Assembly: GCA_029553955.1 (NCBI GenBank) | Contig: JAKPJZ010000199.1 | Location: 16,038 to 40,037, forward strand | Length of the DNA stretch: 24,000 nucleotides | Reading direction: 5' to 3' | DNA from: Chloroflexota bacterium | GTDB taxonomy: Bacteria; Chloroflexota; Anaerolineae; SpSt-313 | In this document: in pieces, positions 14,398 to 22,719 of the stretch | Layout: each line of letters begins with the position of its first letter | Numbering within the stretch: the stretch's first letter is position 1 | Made by a program: the position numbers and the translations under genes | The notes under the pieces: model-generated | What the model was told of the DNA's origin: nothing | The model's input: the letters and a program-made list of their open reading frames with translations, nothing else | The model's database searches: none

Positions 14398-14483
14398 ACG
14401 TGATGCGTGATGCATAGTATCCTCGGGATCGGCAGACGTCGCCATGAGACAGGTTACGCATTACGCATCACGTTTTACGTTTT
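14398..14483. repeat. ACGTGATGCGTRATGC-type short-period repeat forming an inverted pair (family A)
   Basis: ACGTGATGCGTGATGC (14398-14413) and GCATTACGCATCACGT (14458-14473) are reverse complements with one mismatch. 14454-14483 is the reverse complement of the motif at 17237-17270. Confidence 0.6.
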
Positions 14484-14502
14484 GCTCCTCGCCGACTATA
14501 AT
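14474..14502 (+). promoter_or_regulatory. putative promoter TTTACG-N17-TATAAT proximal to tsaE
   Basis: Perfect TATAAT at 14497-14502, with a 4/6 match to the -35 consensus at exactly 17-nt spacing. Confidence 0.35.
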
Positions 14503-14551
14503 GTGATGTTGTGAGTTGAACGCACGCAGCGGGCATGAGAAGGGGCACACC

Positions 14552-15061
14552 GTGTCGCCCATCCTGACGGCCAACACCCTCGACATCATCAGCCACAGCC
14601 CCGCACAGACGCAGCGGCTCGGCGCGCGGCTCGGTGCACGCGCCCAGGCCGGCGACGTCTACTGCCTCGAGGGCGACCTCGGCAGCGGCAAGACGTCGTT
14701 CGTCCAGGGCATTGCCCAGGGGCTCGGCGTGGCCGGCCCCGTCACCAGCCCTACCTTTGTGCTCGCCAACGTCTACCGCGGCGCCGCCGGCCGGCCGCCG
14801 CTCTATCACCTTGACCTCTATCGCATCTCGGGACCCCAGGAAGCCCTCGACTTTGGCCTGGAGGACTATCTCTACGGCGAAGGCGTCGTGGCCATCGAAT
14901 GGCCCGAGCGGATCAGAGAGATCCTGCCGCAGGAGTGCCTGTGGATCTCCTTCCGCTGCCTCGATGCCACCAAACGCGGGCTGCTCGCACGGCCCAGGGG
15001 CGCGCGCTACGAGGCTCTCGTGGCCGAGTTGCAGCGCGACATCTATGGGGGGAGAGACTGA
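14552..15061 (+). CDS. tsaE: tRNA threonylcarbamoyladenosine (t6A) biosynthesis ATPase TsaE
   Basis: The GDLGSGKTSFVQGIAQGLG P-loop followed by VTSPTF and LYHLDLYR is the YjeE/TsaE signature. GTG 14552 is preceded by GAGAAGGGG; the ORF track opens at TTG 14516. Confidence 0.88.
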   Translation: MSPILTANTLDIISHSPAQTQRLGARLGARAQAGDVYCLEGDLGSGKTSFVQGIAQGLGVAGPVTSPTFVLANVYRGAAGRPPLYHLDLYRISGPQEALDFGLEDYLYGEGVVAIEWPERIREILPQECLWISFRCLDATKRGLLARPRGARYEALVAELQRDIYGGRD

Positions 15062-15744
15062 TGCTGCTTGCCATCGACACCGCCAGTCGGCAGGCCTCGG
15101 TGGCCCTCTACGACGAGCGTGGCGTGCGCGCCGAATCGAGTTGGCACTCGGCCGATAACCAATCGGTCGAGCTCATGCCTCGCCTCACCGAGATGCTCGC
15201 CCAGCAGGGCATAGCACCCGCCGGCCTGCGCGGCGTGGCTGTCGCCATCGGCCCTGGCTCGTTCACCGGCCTGCGTATCGGCCTCAGCGTGGCCAAGGGT
15301 CTTGCTGTCGGGCGCGGCATACCCGTGTTGGGTCTGCCCACGCTCGATGCCCTGGCCCAAGCCCTCGTTGGCCAGCGCCTGCCCCTGCGCGCCGTGCTCA
15401 ACATTGGCCGTGGCCGCTATGCCATCGCCGATTATCGCGTTGGGCGCGATCAGTGGCACCGCACGTCCAAAGACCGGCTGGCGACGCCGGCCGAGTTGAC
15501 GGCGGGCGTCCGCGAGCGTACCCTCTTTGCCGGCGAGATCGGCGAGCCCCTGCGCCGCACCATCGAAACCGCCCTCGACGGCGCAGCCGTGCTCCTGCCG
15601 CCCGCGCTCCAACTGCGCCGCGCCGGCTATCTCGCCGAGCTGGGCTGGCAACGCCTGCTCCGCGGCGACCGCGACGACCCGGCCACGCTCGCACCCATCT
15701 ACCTGCACACGCAGCCGGTGGGTGAGGCGGCGGCGTGTACGTGA
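15061..15744 (+). CDS. tsaB: t6A biosynthesis protein TsaB (YeaZ)
   Basis: MLLAIDTASRQASVALYD...GVAVAIGPGSFTGLRIGLSVAKGLA. ATG overlaps the tsaE stop (TGATG). Confidence 0.9.
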   Translation: MLLAIDTASRQASVALYDERGVRAESSWHSADNQSVELMPRLTEMLAQQGIAPAGLRGVAVAIGPGSFTGLRIGLSVAKGLAVGRGIPVLGLPTLDALAQALVGQRLPLRAVLNIGRGRYAIADYRVGRDQWHRTSKDRLATPAELTAGVRERTLFAGEIGEPLRRTIETALDGAAVLLPPALQLRRAGYLAELGWQRLLRGDRDDPATLAPIYLHTQPVGEAAACT

Positions 15745-15815
15745 GGCGTGATGCGTGGGGCTGCACCCCTTACGGAGTACGTATTACGCGGTACGCAGTA
15801 CACGTCACGCAAGGG
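15745..15815. repeat. short ACG-rich repeat patch (family A related) with small hairpins
   Basis: GCGTGATGCGTGGGGCTGCACCCCTTACGGAGTACGTATTACGCGGTACGCAGTACACGTCACGCAAGGGACGTGAC. It holds GTGATGCG/TACGTATTACGCG units and GGGG..CCCC and GTCACG..CGTGAC stems. Confidence 0.4.
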
Positions 15816-15830
15816 ACGTGACTCAACTCT

Positions 15831-16421
15831 ATGAACAGACTGGACATGACGGAGCTGATGTTCTACGTAGAGCCGATGCAGCAGTCCGATGTCGCTACTG
15901 TGGCGACCATCGAGCGCAGGGTGTTTACCATGCCCTGGTCATCGAACGCCTACAGCTATGAGCTACGCGCCAACCCGCTGTCGCACTACTTTGTCGCCCG
16001 GGCGCGCGCGCTCAAGCGTGGCCTCGACGCGCGTGGCCTCGACCCTTCCGTTATCGGCTACGGTGGCTTTTGGCTGATGCTCGACGAGGCCCACGTCTGC
16101 ACCCTGGGCGTGCACCCCGATTGGCGCCAGCGGGGCGTGGGCGAGCTGTTGCTTTCGACGATGATCGGGGAGGCTGCCCGCCTCAACGCGCATGTGGTGA
16201 CCCTCGAAGTGCGCGTCTCCAACCAGGCGGCCCAGAACCTGTACCAGAAGTATGGCTTTGCGGCTGTGGGGCTGCGCAGGGGCTACTACTCCGACAACCA
16301 GGAGGACGCCCTGATCATGACGACGGAGCCGATCCATACCCCGGCCTACGAGAGCCGCTACAATCGCTTGCAGCGCATGTTGCGGGCGCGGCTGCAGGCG
16401 CAGCAGCCGGAGCGTGCCTGA
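15831..16421 (+). CDS. rimI: ribosomal-protein-alanine N-acetyltransferase RimI (GNAT)
   Basis: IERRVFTMPWSSNAYSYEL...HVCTLGVHPDWRQRGVGELLL...LEVRVSNQAAQNLYQKYGF is the GNAT/RimI pattern, with the classic tsaB-rimI adjacency. The start is uncertain (ATG 15831, 15846 or 15858). Confidence 0.85.
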   Translation: MNRLDMTELMFYVEPMQQSDVATVATIERRVFTMPWSSNAYSYELRANPLSHYFVARARALKRGLDARGLDPSVIGYGGFWLMLDEAHVCTLGVHPDWRQRGVGELLLSTMIGEAARLNAHVVTLEVRVSNQAAQNLYQKYGFAAVGLRRGYYSDNQEDALIMTTEPIHTPAYESRYNRLQRMLRARLQAQQPERA

Positions 16422-16427
16422 GTGGCT

Positions 16428-17231
16428 ATGGCGCACCCTACCATCCTCGTCTCCAATGACGACGGCCTGCATGCCCCCGGTGTGCTCGCCCTGGCGCAAG
16501 CCCTCGCCGAGCTCGCCACGGTGATCGTCGTGGCGCCGGAGCGCAACTGGTCGGCTGTAGGCCACACCAAGACGATGCACAAGCCGCTGCGCGCCGTCGA
16601 AGTGACCCTCGCTGAGGGCATCCGCGCCTTCCAGTGCAGCGGCTCCCCGTCCGATTGCGCTTCGTTGGGGCTGTTGGGCCTGGTGGGCGGGCATGTTGAC
16701 CTGGTCGTCTCGGGCATCAACGACGGCGCCAATGTGGGCAGCGACCTCCTCTACTCGGGCACCTTTGCCGCGGCTGCCGAAGCAGCCATCGCCGGCGTCG
16801 CCGCCTTTGCCGTGTCCCTCGACATCGTGCCGGGGGCGGGGCTACTGCGCCCCCACGGGTACCGCACGGCCGCCCGCTTCGCCGCAGCGCTGGCCCGCAA
16901 GCTGCTGGCGGCCCCGGCCACGCCGCCCTGGTTGCTCAACGTCAACGTGCCTGACCTGCCTGAAGGGGGCGGGGCAACCCCGCCCCTACCCAACGCCGAG
17001 GTCACCCGGCTCGGCACGCGCATCTACCAGGATGCCCTCGTCGAGCGCCTCGACCCCCGCGGCCGCCGCTACTTTTGGATCGGCGGCAACGTGCCCAGCG
17101 GTGTCGTCGAGGCTGGCACCGACATTGGCGCCCTCGCCGCCGGCCATATCTCGATCACGCCCGTGCGGCTCGACCTGACGGACGAGGGGAGGATGGAGGC
17201 GGTGCGGGCGCTGGTGGGGGCGGGCACATAA
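16428..17231 (+). CDS. surE: 5'/3'-nucleotidase SurE
   Basis: ILVSNDDGLHAPGVLALAQAL...SGINDGANVG...YSGTFAAAAEA is the SurE signature. GTG 16422 is an alternative start. Confidence 0.92.
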   Translation: MAHPTILVSNDDGLHAPGVLALAQALAELATVIVVAPERNWSAVGHTKTMHKPLRAVEVTLAEGIRAFQCSGSPSDCASLGLLGLVGGHVDLVVSGINDGANVGSDLLYSGTFAAAAEAAIAGVAAFAVSLDIVPGAGLLRPHGYRTAARFAAALARKLLAAPATPPWLLNVNVPDLPEGGGATPPLPNAEVTRLGTRIYQDALVERLDPRGRRYFWIGGNVPSGVVEAGTDIGALAAGHISITPVRLDLTDEGRMEAVRALVGAGT

Positions 17232-17236
17232 TGTGC

Positions 17237-17335
17237 AAAACGTGAAACGTGATGCGTAATACGTAATGCGTACTGCGTAAGGGATGCAGTCGCACGGCAT
17301 ACATGGCAGGCAATACGCGTTACGTTTAGCGTTTT
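17237..17335. repeat. family A short-period repeat (AAAACGTGAAACGTGATGCGTAATACGTAATGCGTACTGCGTAAG plus inverted partial copy)
   Basis: 17237-17281 matches the reverse complement of 14454-14483. AATACGCGTTACGTTTAGCGTTTT at 17312-17335 is an inverted, degenerate partner. Confidence 0.6.
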
Positions 17336-17359
17336 ACCTTCTCTGCATGTCACTGCTCA

Positions 17360-17476
17360 GCCTGTCATTGCGAGTATCCCATGCCGCCGCGCGGCATGTG
17401 CAAGCACAGAGACTACTGCGGCCTCCTCGCAATGACAAACGGGAAGCTTCTCAACAGCGCAGCGAAGCAATGACAG
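17360..17476. repeat. GTCATTGCGAG / CTCGCAATGAC inverted-repeat element (family B)
   Basis: CCTGTCATTGCGAG (17360-17373), its complement CTCGCAATGACA (17426-17437), and GAAGCAATGACAG (17464-17476). Same family as 21779-22039. Confidence 0.6.
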
Positions 17477-17606
17477 ACGGAGCACTTGCGGTACCCCGCC
17501 GTCGGCACTGGCTGACTCACCGGCCGCGAACGGCTCACTTCGTGTCCTTCGCGCCCTTTTGCGTCTTTCGTGCTCCAGAGCCTTCGTGCTCCAGCTTTGC
17601 CCGCCT

Positions 17607-20033
17607 TTACTCCACCCGCACTCGCGCGATGACGACGCGGTCGGCGCCGTCGGCTGTGCGCAGGCGCTCCCCTGTTGCGGGCAGGTAGAGGCCAATCTCC
17701 AGCTCATAGTCGCCCTGCGGCGCACCCGGATCAATCGTGAGCACGTGGCGGTCGGCGATGACCTGGCCTGGCAGCCACTGCCCAGTGGCGTAGCGGCCAT
17801 CGACCGGCGGGCCGTCGTGCTGCGCCCACACCGGGCCGTTGGTGCGCGGGTTGTGGGCTGCGCCCAGCAGGTGTACAAAGACGGTATAGTCCTGCGCCAG
17901 CGGCGCGCCGGCCTGCCAGAAGAGGTCGAGCGTCAGCGTCTCGCCGGGACGGGCGGTGACCGTACCTTCCTGTACGCTGCGGTGCAGGTCGTACCCCAGC
18001 AGGCCGATGCCCTGGGCAAAGCCGGCGTCGAGCGGCTGCGCGATGCGCTCGGGGCGCGGCCGGTTCGGCTGCTCGAGGATGCGCGGCCCGGGCAGCTCGA
18101 CGCTGTGCGCCGCCGCGCCCGCCGTGGCCGGCCAGCGCACCACAACCCGCGTTGCGCCGCCGGCGTACCAGGGCCAGACCTCCAGGCGCAGCGCGGCCCG
18201 CCCGGCAGCCGGCGCGGTGGCCGGCCACTCCTGCGCCACGGTCTGCAGCGCCGTGCCGTCGCGGCGCAGCCACTGGATTTCCGCGGCCACCGGCGCCTCG
18301 GCCTTGTAGTACAGCCCCAGGTCCACGGCATCGCCGGCCGCGTACTCGCGCCCTGGGAGGTCATAGCCGAGGAGCTGCAGGCCCTCGCCGCCGGCGCTGA
18401 GGGGGTATTGCGGGTTGGCCGCGGCCACCGGCTGCGGCCACGCCTCCTGCCCGTAGAGGATCAGCTCGTTGGTGCCTGAGCGCTGGGTAAAGGCCCGCGG
18501 AAAGTGGGCGTCGAGCCAGGGCAGGCTCAGGTGCTCGGGGTCCTGGATGCTCGTCTCCACGGCAGCCACCCAGAAGCGGCTGCGGCCGGCCGTCGCTGCC
18601 TCGAGCTCCGCCGCCACGTTCTCGGGCGTAAAGGTCAGTGCGCGCGGCAGCTCCAGCACGGGCACGCGGCGCTCGGGCGGCACGAGCTGCTCATAATAGT
18701 AGCCAAAGAGCTGATAGCGGTCGCCTGAGATGAGCAGCACCACATCGTCGGGCCTGGCGTGGGCGCCGAGCAGGTGGCTCATGGTCTGCATCTGGTCTTG
18801 CAGGTAGCGGCCGTCATAGTAGCCCGGCAGGAAGGCCAGCATCAGCCCCAGGCAGGCGACCAGCGCGGCCAGGCCGAGCGGCCACAGGCGCCGCCCCAGC
18901 CGTACTACCGACCAGCCGAGGAAGGCGCAGAAGGCGGGCGCAAAGAGCACCAGGTAGCGCGCCTCGACCCGCGGCGTGTAGAACAGGCTGCGCGGCTGCG
19001 TGAGGATGTAGACCACGAGCGGCATCGAGGCCACGGCCAGCGCCAGGAGCAGCGCCGCCTGCGCGCCAGGCAGGCCGGGCTCGCTGCGGCGGCGCTGCCA
19101 CAGGAGCGTCGCCAGCCCCCCCACGAGCGTGGCCGCGAACGGCAGGACGTACACGGCATAGCGCTCGATGTCGGTCGACACGCCCACGCTGAGCAGGGTG
19201 CTGTAGAGGGTGACGAGCTGGCGCAGGCCATACGGCGCTGCGACCGACCAGGTGTGCATGCGGCTGAGGGTGTAGAGCGCCCAGGGCAGGAAGATGAGCA
19301 GCGCTGCCGCCTGTGCGCCCAGCCAGCGCGCGGCGACGCCCAGCCGCCGCACCCGCGGGATACGCGCGAGGGCCATCACGGCGTACAGGTTGGCGACCAG
19401 CGGCGCCAACCCCGCCATGTAGATGGTGTAGAGGCAGCCGGCCGCGGCCACGGTGTAGAGCACCGGCCAGGCCCACCAGGCGCGCCTCGACGTCGCAGCA
19501 GAGGCGGCTCCCACGCCGCCGGTCTCTTCATCGAGCCAGCGCACCGCCAGGTACAGGGTGAGGGTGGCCGCCAGCGCCGCCAGGATGTACATGCGCATTT
19601 CTTGCGACCACCAGATGTGGAAGCGGGCCACGGCCAGGAAGAGCGCCGCCAGCAGCCCCACGCGCCGGCCGCCCAGGCGCGTGCCCAGGGGGTAGACGAG
19701 GGCCACGGTGAGCACGCCCCAGATCGCCGAGATAAAGCGCGCGGCGAACTCGCTCTCGCCCACCAGGCGCACCCAGGCCCACAGGTGGTAGAAGTAGAGC
19801 GGGGGGTGCACGTCCTGCCCGGTCCACTGGGTCACGCTCCACAGGCTCTTGCGCACCGCCCAGATGGCCAGCCCCTCGTCCCACCAGATGTTCTTGTCGC
19901 CCAGACGGTAGAGGCGCAGGGCCAGGGCCACCAGCAGCACGGCCGGTAAGGCCCAGCGCTCGGCAACGGCCAGCCAGGCCGCTCGTTTGCTCGTGTGAAG
20001 GTAGTCAACTCGTGTTGTGGGAGGGGTGCTCAT
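17607..20033 (-). CDS. GT-C fold membrane glycosyltransferase, family 39 (ArnT/PMT-like), with large C-terminal extracytoplasmic domain
   Basis: 808 aa. N-terminal YRLGDKNIWWDEGLAIW...DVHPPLYFYHLWAW is typical of GT39/ArnT-like enzymes, followed by about 10 or more hydrophobic segments. The C-terminal ~300 aa are soluble, with two LLGYDL...(Y/F)(Y/W)xA modules. Confidence 0.88.
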   Translation of the reverse strand: MSTPPTTRVDYLHTSKRAAWLAVAERWALPAVLLVALALRLYRLGDKNIWWDEGLAIWAVRKSLWSVTQWTGQDVHPPLYFYHLWAWVRLVGESEFAARFISAIWGVLTVALVYPLGTRLGGRRVGLLAALFLAVARFHIWWSQEMRMYILAALAATLTLYLAVRWLDEETGGVGAASAATSRRAWWAWPVLYTVAAAGCLYTIYMAGLAPLVANLYAVMALARIPRVRRLGVAARWLGAQAAALLIFLPWALYTLSRMHTWSVAAPYGLRQLVTLYSTLLSVGVSTDIERYAVYVLPFAATLVGGLATLLWQRRRSEPGLPGAQAALLLALAVASMPLVVYILTQPRSLFYTPRVEARYLVLFAPAFCAFLGWSVVRLGRRLWPLGLAALVACLGLMLAFLPGYYDGRYLQDQMQTMSHLLGAHARPDDVVLLISGDRYQLFGYYYEQLVPPERRVPVLELPRALTFTPENVAAELEAATAGRSRFWVAAVETSIQDPEHLSLPWLDAHFPRAFTQRSGTNELILYGQEAWPQPVAAANPQYPLSAGGEGLQLLGYDLPGREYAAGDAVDLGLYYKAEAPVAAEIQWLRRDGTALQTVAQEWPATAPAAGRAALRLEVWPWYAGGATRVVVRWPATAGAAAHSVELPGPRILEQPNRPRPERIAQPLDAGFAQGIGLLGYDLHRSVQEGTVTARPGETLTLDLFWQAGAPLAQDYTVFVHLLGAAHNPRTNGPVWAQHDGPPVDGRYATGQWLPGQVIADRHVLTIDPGAPQGDYELEIGLYLPATGERLRTADGADRVVIARVRVE

Positions 20034-20051
20034 GGTGCCTCATATCTCTTG

Positions 20052-20621
20052 CTACGAAGGGGGGTGTGCCCGTTCGCGGAGGGCGGTGACGACCAGGTGC
20101 TCGAGGACGAGGTGCAGGTCCTCGATCTGCTCCATGCAGTCGCTGGGCACGACGATGGCCAGGTCCACCAGGCCCTTGAGCCTGCCGCCGGCAAAGCCGG
20201 TCAGGCCCACCGTCGTGGCCCCGCTCGCCCGTGCCAGCTCCATGGCGCGCAGCACGTTGGGCGAGTTGCCGCTGCCGCTGATGCCAATGACTACATCGCC
20301 GGGCCTCAGCAGGCAGGCGAGCTGGCCGCAGAAGAGGTTGTCGTAGGCCGTATCGTTGGCCCACGCAGTCATCAGCGCCGCGTTATCGACCAGCGAGACG
20401 GCACGAAAGCTGGGCAGCCCCGTGGCGATGGTGTTCTTGGCCAGGTCGCAGCAAAAGTGCGAGGCCGTGGCCGCGCTGCCGCCATTGCCCAGCAGGAAGA
20501 CTTGGCGCTCCTCCAGGCGGGCCTGGTGCAGCAGGTCGATGAGTCGCTCGATGCTGTCCACCGGCAGTTGCCCCATCGTCGCTGCCAGGTCAGCGAGATA
20601 GCGCGTCACCACTCCGCTCAC
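20052..20621 (-). CDS. gmhA: D-sedoheptulose-7-phosphate isomerase (SIS domain, GmhA)
   Basis: 189 aa. LLGNGGSAATASHFCCDLAKNT...GISGSGNSPNV are SIS/GmhA motifs. GTG start with an AAGGAAAGGGA RBS. Confidence 0.88.
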   Translation of the reverse strand: MSGVVTRYLADLAATMGQLPVDSIERLIDLLHQARLEERQVFLLGNGGSAATASHFCCDLAKNTIATGLPSFRAVSLVDNAALMTAWANDTAYDNLFCGQLACLLRPGDVVIGISGSGNSPNVLRAMELARASGATTVGLTGFAGGRLKGLVDLAIVVPSDCMEQIEDLHLVLEHLVVTALRERAHPPS

Positions 20622-20644
20622 AAGATGTCCCTTTCCTTGATGCG

Positions 20645-20684
20645 GCGCCGGCGCCTGTAGGGGCGGTTCGCGAACTGCCCCTAC
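20645..20684. other. two adjacent palindromes in the 59-nt gap between the kinase and gmhA
   Basis: GGCGCCGGCGCC (20645-20656, perfect) and GTAGGGGCGGTTCG/CGAACTGCCCCTAC (20657-20684, 13/14 complementary, no loop). The second spans the TAG stop of the upstream (minus-strand) kinase gene. Confidence 0.35.
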
Positions 20685-21658
20685 CGCCGTATGTTCAGGA
20701 TGACCTTGCTGCCGTCGGGTTCGAGCGCGCAGGGCAGCTCGGCCAACCCTTTGAGCGCCCTGCGCACCGCATCCTGCCGCTCTACGGGCACGTAGAGCAA
20801 AAGGAACCCACCTCCGCCGGCGCCCGAGATCTTGCCGCCCAGCGCGCCGGCGCGGTGGGCGCGCTCGTACAGGGCGTCGATGGCCGGGTTGGTGATGGTA
20901 CTGGCGAGGCAGCGCTTGAGCAGCCAGCCCTCGTGCATCAGCCGGCCCAGGGCATCGGGGTCGCCCCGTTCGAGGCAGCCGCGGCCCTCCCAGGCCAGCG
21001 CCTTCAGCCCGCGGAGCACCGAGACGTGGCTGCGTGTGTGTGCCACCTGCTCGCGGAGGATGGTGGCTGCGTCGCGCGTCATGCCGGTGTAAAAGAGCAT
21101 CAGGCTGCGCGCCAGGCGTCGCTCCGTGTCGGCATCGAGCGCCACCCGCTCCACAGTGACGGCGTTATCCTCATGGAAGCGGATGAAGCGCAGGCCCCCG
21201 TAGGCCGCAATGTACTGGTCCTGCTTGCCGATGGGCCGGCGCAGGGTGCCGATTTCGATGCGGCAGGCCTGCTCGGCCAGGTCGGCGGCCGTATGCGCCT
21301 CACCCCGGTAGGTATAGAGCGCGTTCAGGCAGCCGACGGTCACCGTGCTCGAAGAGCCCAGGCCCGAGCCCTCCGAGGGGATATCGCCCATCGTTGCCAG
21401 CTCGACCTGGCGGTCGATGCCGGCCAGGCGCATGGCCTCGCGCACCAGGTCGTGCTGCACGTCGTCGAGCCGGTCGACCAGCTCGGTGCGCGTGTAGGCG
21501 ATGCGCACACGGGCGTCGAAACGCCGCTTGATAATGACATAGATGTACTTGTCAATCGCGGTCGAGAGGACACAGCCTTCCTCCCGCCGGTAGAACTGCT
21601 GGAAATCCGTGCCACCGCCCAGGAAGCTCACCCGCAGCGGAGTCTGCACGACGATCAT
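20681..21658 (-). CDS. GHMP-family sugar kinase, D-glycero-D-manno-heptose-7-phosphate kinase-like (HddA type)
   Basis: 325 aa. TPLRVSFLGGGTDF...GDIPSEGSGLGSSSTVTVG...QDQYIAAYGG is the COG2605/HddA-type GHMP pattern. Adjacent to gmhA. Confidence 0.82.
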   Translation of the reverse strand: MIVVQTPLRVSFLGGGTDFQQFYRREEGCVLSTAIDKYIYVIIKRRFDARVRIAYTRTELVDRLDDVQHDLVREAMRLAGIDRQVELATMGDIPSEGSGLGSSSTVTVGCLNALYTYRGEAHTAADLAEQACRIEIGTLRRPIGKQDQYIAAYGGLRFIRFHEDNAVTVERVALDADTERRLARSLMLFYTGMTRDAATILREQVAHTRSHVSVLRGLKALAWEGRGCLERGDPDALGRLMHEGWLLKRCLASTITNPAIDALYERAHRAGALGGKISGAGGGGFLLLYVPVERQDAVRRALKGLAELPCALEPDGSKVILNIRR

Positions 21659-21778
21659 TCGCTCATCCTGCCGCAGACCCTCGCCTGCCCGGCCGTGTGC
21701 GGTCCGTCAAGGCGGGGGTTGGTTTTCTCTGCAGCAGTGTACTGCAAGGCAGGCCGTTCTGGCAAGGCGACTCTTCAG

Positions 21779-22039
21779 CCTGTCATTGCCTCGCTGCGTT
21801 GTTCAGTAACTTGGTCCTGTCATTGCGAGTACCCCAGGGTCTCGTAACCCTGTGCCCAGCGCAGAACCTTGGCCCGTCATTGCGAGGAGGCGGCCGCAGC
21901 CGCCGACGAAGCAATCTCATAGCTGCAAGCGCAGCGCAGCAGCCCCAGGTTGCGAGCGGAGCGATGCAACTCCACGTCGGGCATTGGAGATTGCTTCGCT
22001 GCGGCTCGCAATGACAGTGCGCACGCTCGCAATGACAGG
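21779..22039. repeat. array of family B repeats: three direct GTCATTGC(GAG) units, two inverted CTCGCAATGACAG units, nested GAAGCAATCTC/GAGATTGCTTC pair
   Basis: Units at 21779-21790, 21816-21829 and 21864-21878 (plus orientation), and at 22005-22017 and 22026-22039 (inverted). Inner pair at 21905-21918 / 21987-21998. They fill most of the 387-nt gap inside the minus-strand operon. Confidence 0.7.
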
Positions 22040-22045
22040 TGCACG

Positions 22046-22717
22046 CTACCCGCTCCAGCGGCGGTAGCGCCAGAGTGCCCTGAGGGCCGGCAGGCCATCG
22101 CGCCAGGGCGAGAGCTTTTTCGCCCGGCGCGGCTTGTAGGCGATAGGGACTTCGTGGATGGTGTAGCCGCGGCGGGCGATCTTGGCCGTGATCTCGGGCT
22201 CCATGTCGAAGCGGCGGCATTCGATGCTCAGCCCGCGCGCCACCTCGGCCGCCATGAGCTTGTAGCAGGTCTCCATATCGTGGATGTGTACGCCGTAGAG
22301 CAGGTTCGTCAGCCAGGTGAGGAAGCGGTTGCCCAGGCGCACGTGCAGTTTCTGGCCCTCGAAGGAGCGCACGCCATAGACCACCTTGGCCGTGCCCTCC
22401 TCCACCAGCCGCAGCAGGTTGGGGATGTCGGCCGGGTCGTACTCCAGGTCAGCATCCTGGATGATCAGGCAGTCGCCAGTCGCCGCCTCCATCGCCGTGC
22501 GGATGCCCGCGCCCTTGCCGCGGTTCACCGGATGGCGGATGACGCGCAGGCCGGGGATCTCGCGCTGTAGCTCGGCCAGGATCTCGGGCGTGCGGTCGGT
22601 GGAGCAGTCGTCGACGACGATGATCTCCTTATCGACCAGAATGGCAGCAACGCGGCGGATGACCTCAGCGACGCCGGCCTCTTCGTTGTACACGGGCACC
22701 AGAACCGAAAGCTTCAT
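22046..22717 (-). CDS. GT2 family glycosyltransferase (polyprenol-phosphate sugar synthase-like, YkcC/CsbB/GtrB type catalytic domain)
   Basis: MKLSVLVPVYNEE...IIVVDDCSTDRT...NRGKGAGIR...IIQDADLEYDP. ATG at 22717 with a GAGAGGTGAG RBS. The ORF-track upstream extension (to 23110) overlaps the preceding gene and is rejected. Confidence 0.85.
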   Translation of the reverse strand: MKLSVLVPVYNEEAGVAEVIRRVAAILVDKEIIVVDDCSTDRTPEILAELQREIPGLRVIRHPVNRGKGAGIRTAMEAATGDCLIIQDADLEYDPADIPNLLRLVEEGTAKVVYGVRSFEGQKLHVRLGNRFLTWLTNLLYGVHIHDMETCYKLMAAEVARGLSIECRRFDMEPEITAKIARRGYTIHEVPIAYKPRRAKKLSPWRDGLPALRALWRYRRWSG

Positions 22718-22719
22718 GC

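Noticed and set aside
17284-17878. ORFs 17284..17688(+) and 17357..17878(-) in the surE/GT39 convergent gap; ORFs 21697..22220 across the repeat array
   Set aside because: They are composed of repeat-family sequence (translations such as SLSLRVSHAAARH and LAMTV), with no start context. They are most likely non-coding.
17559-19949. Plus-strand ORFs 17559..18479 (306 aa) and 18759..19949 (396 aa), and assorted minus off-frame ORFs within the GT39 gene
   Set aside because: These are Arg/Gly/Pro/Gln-rich shadow ORFs. The minus-strand 808-aa frame has GT39 motifs and plausible transmembrane segments.
21779-22039. Possibility that the GTCATTGCGAG units form a CRISPR array
   Set aside because: Units are short (11-14 nt), irregularly spaced, present in both orientations and nested as palindromes. 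No cas genes are nearby.
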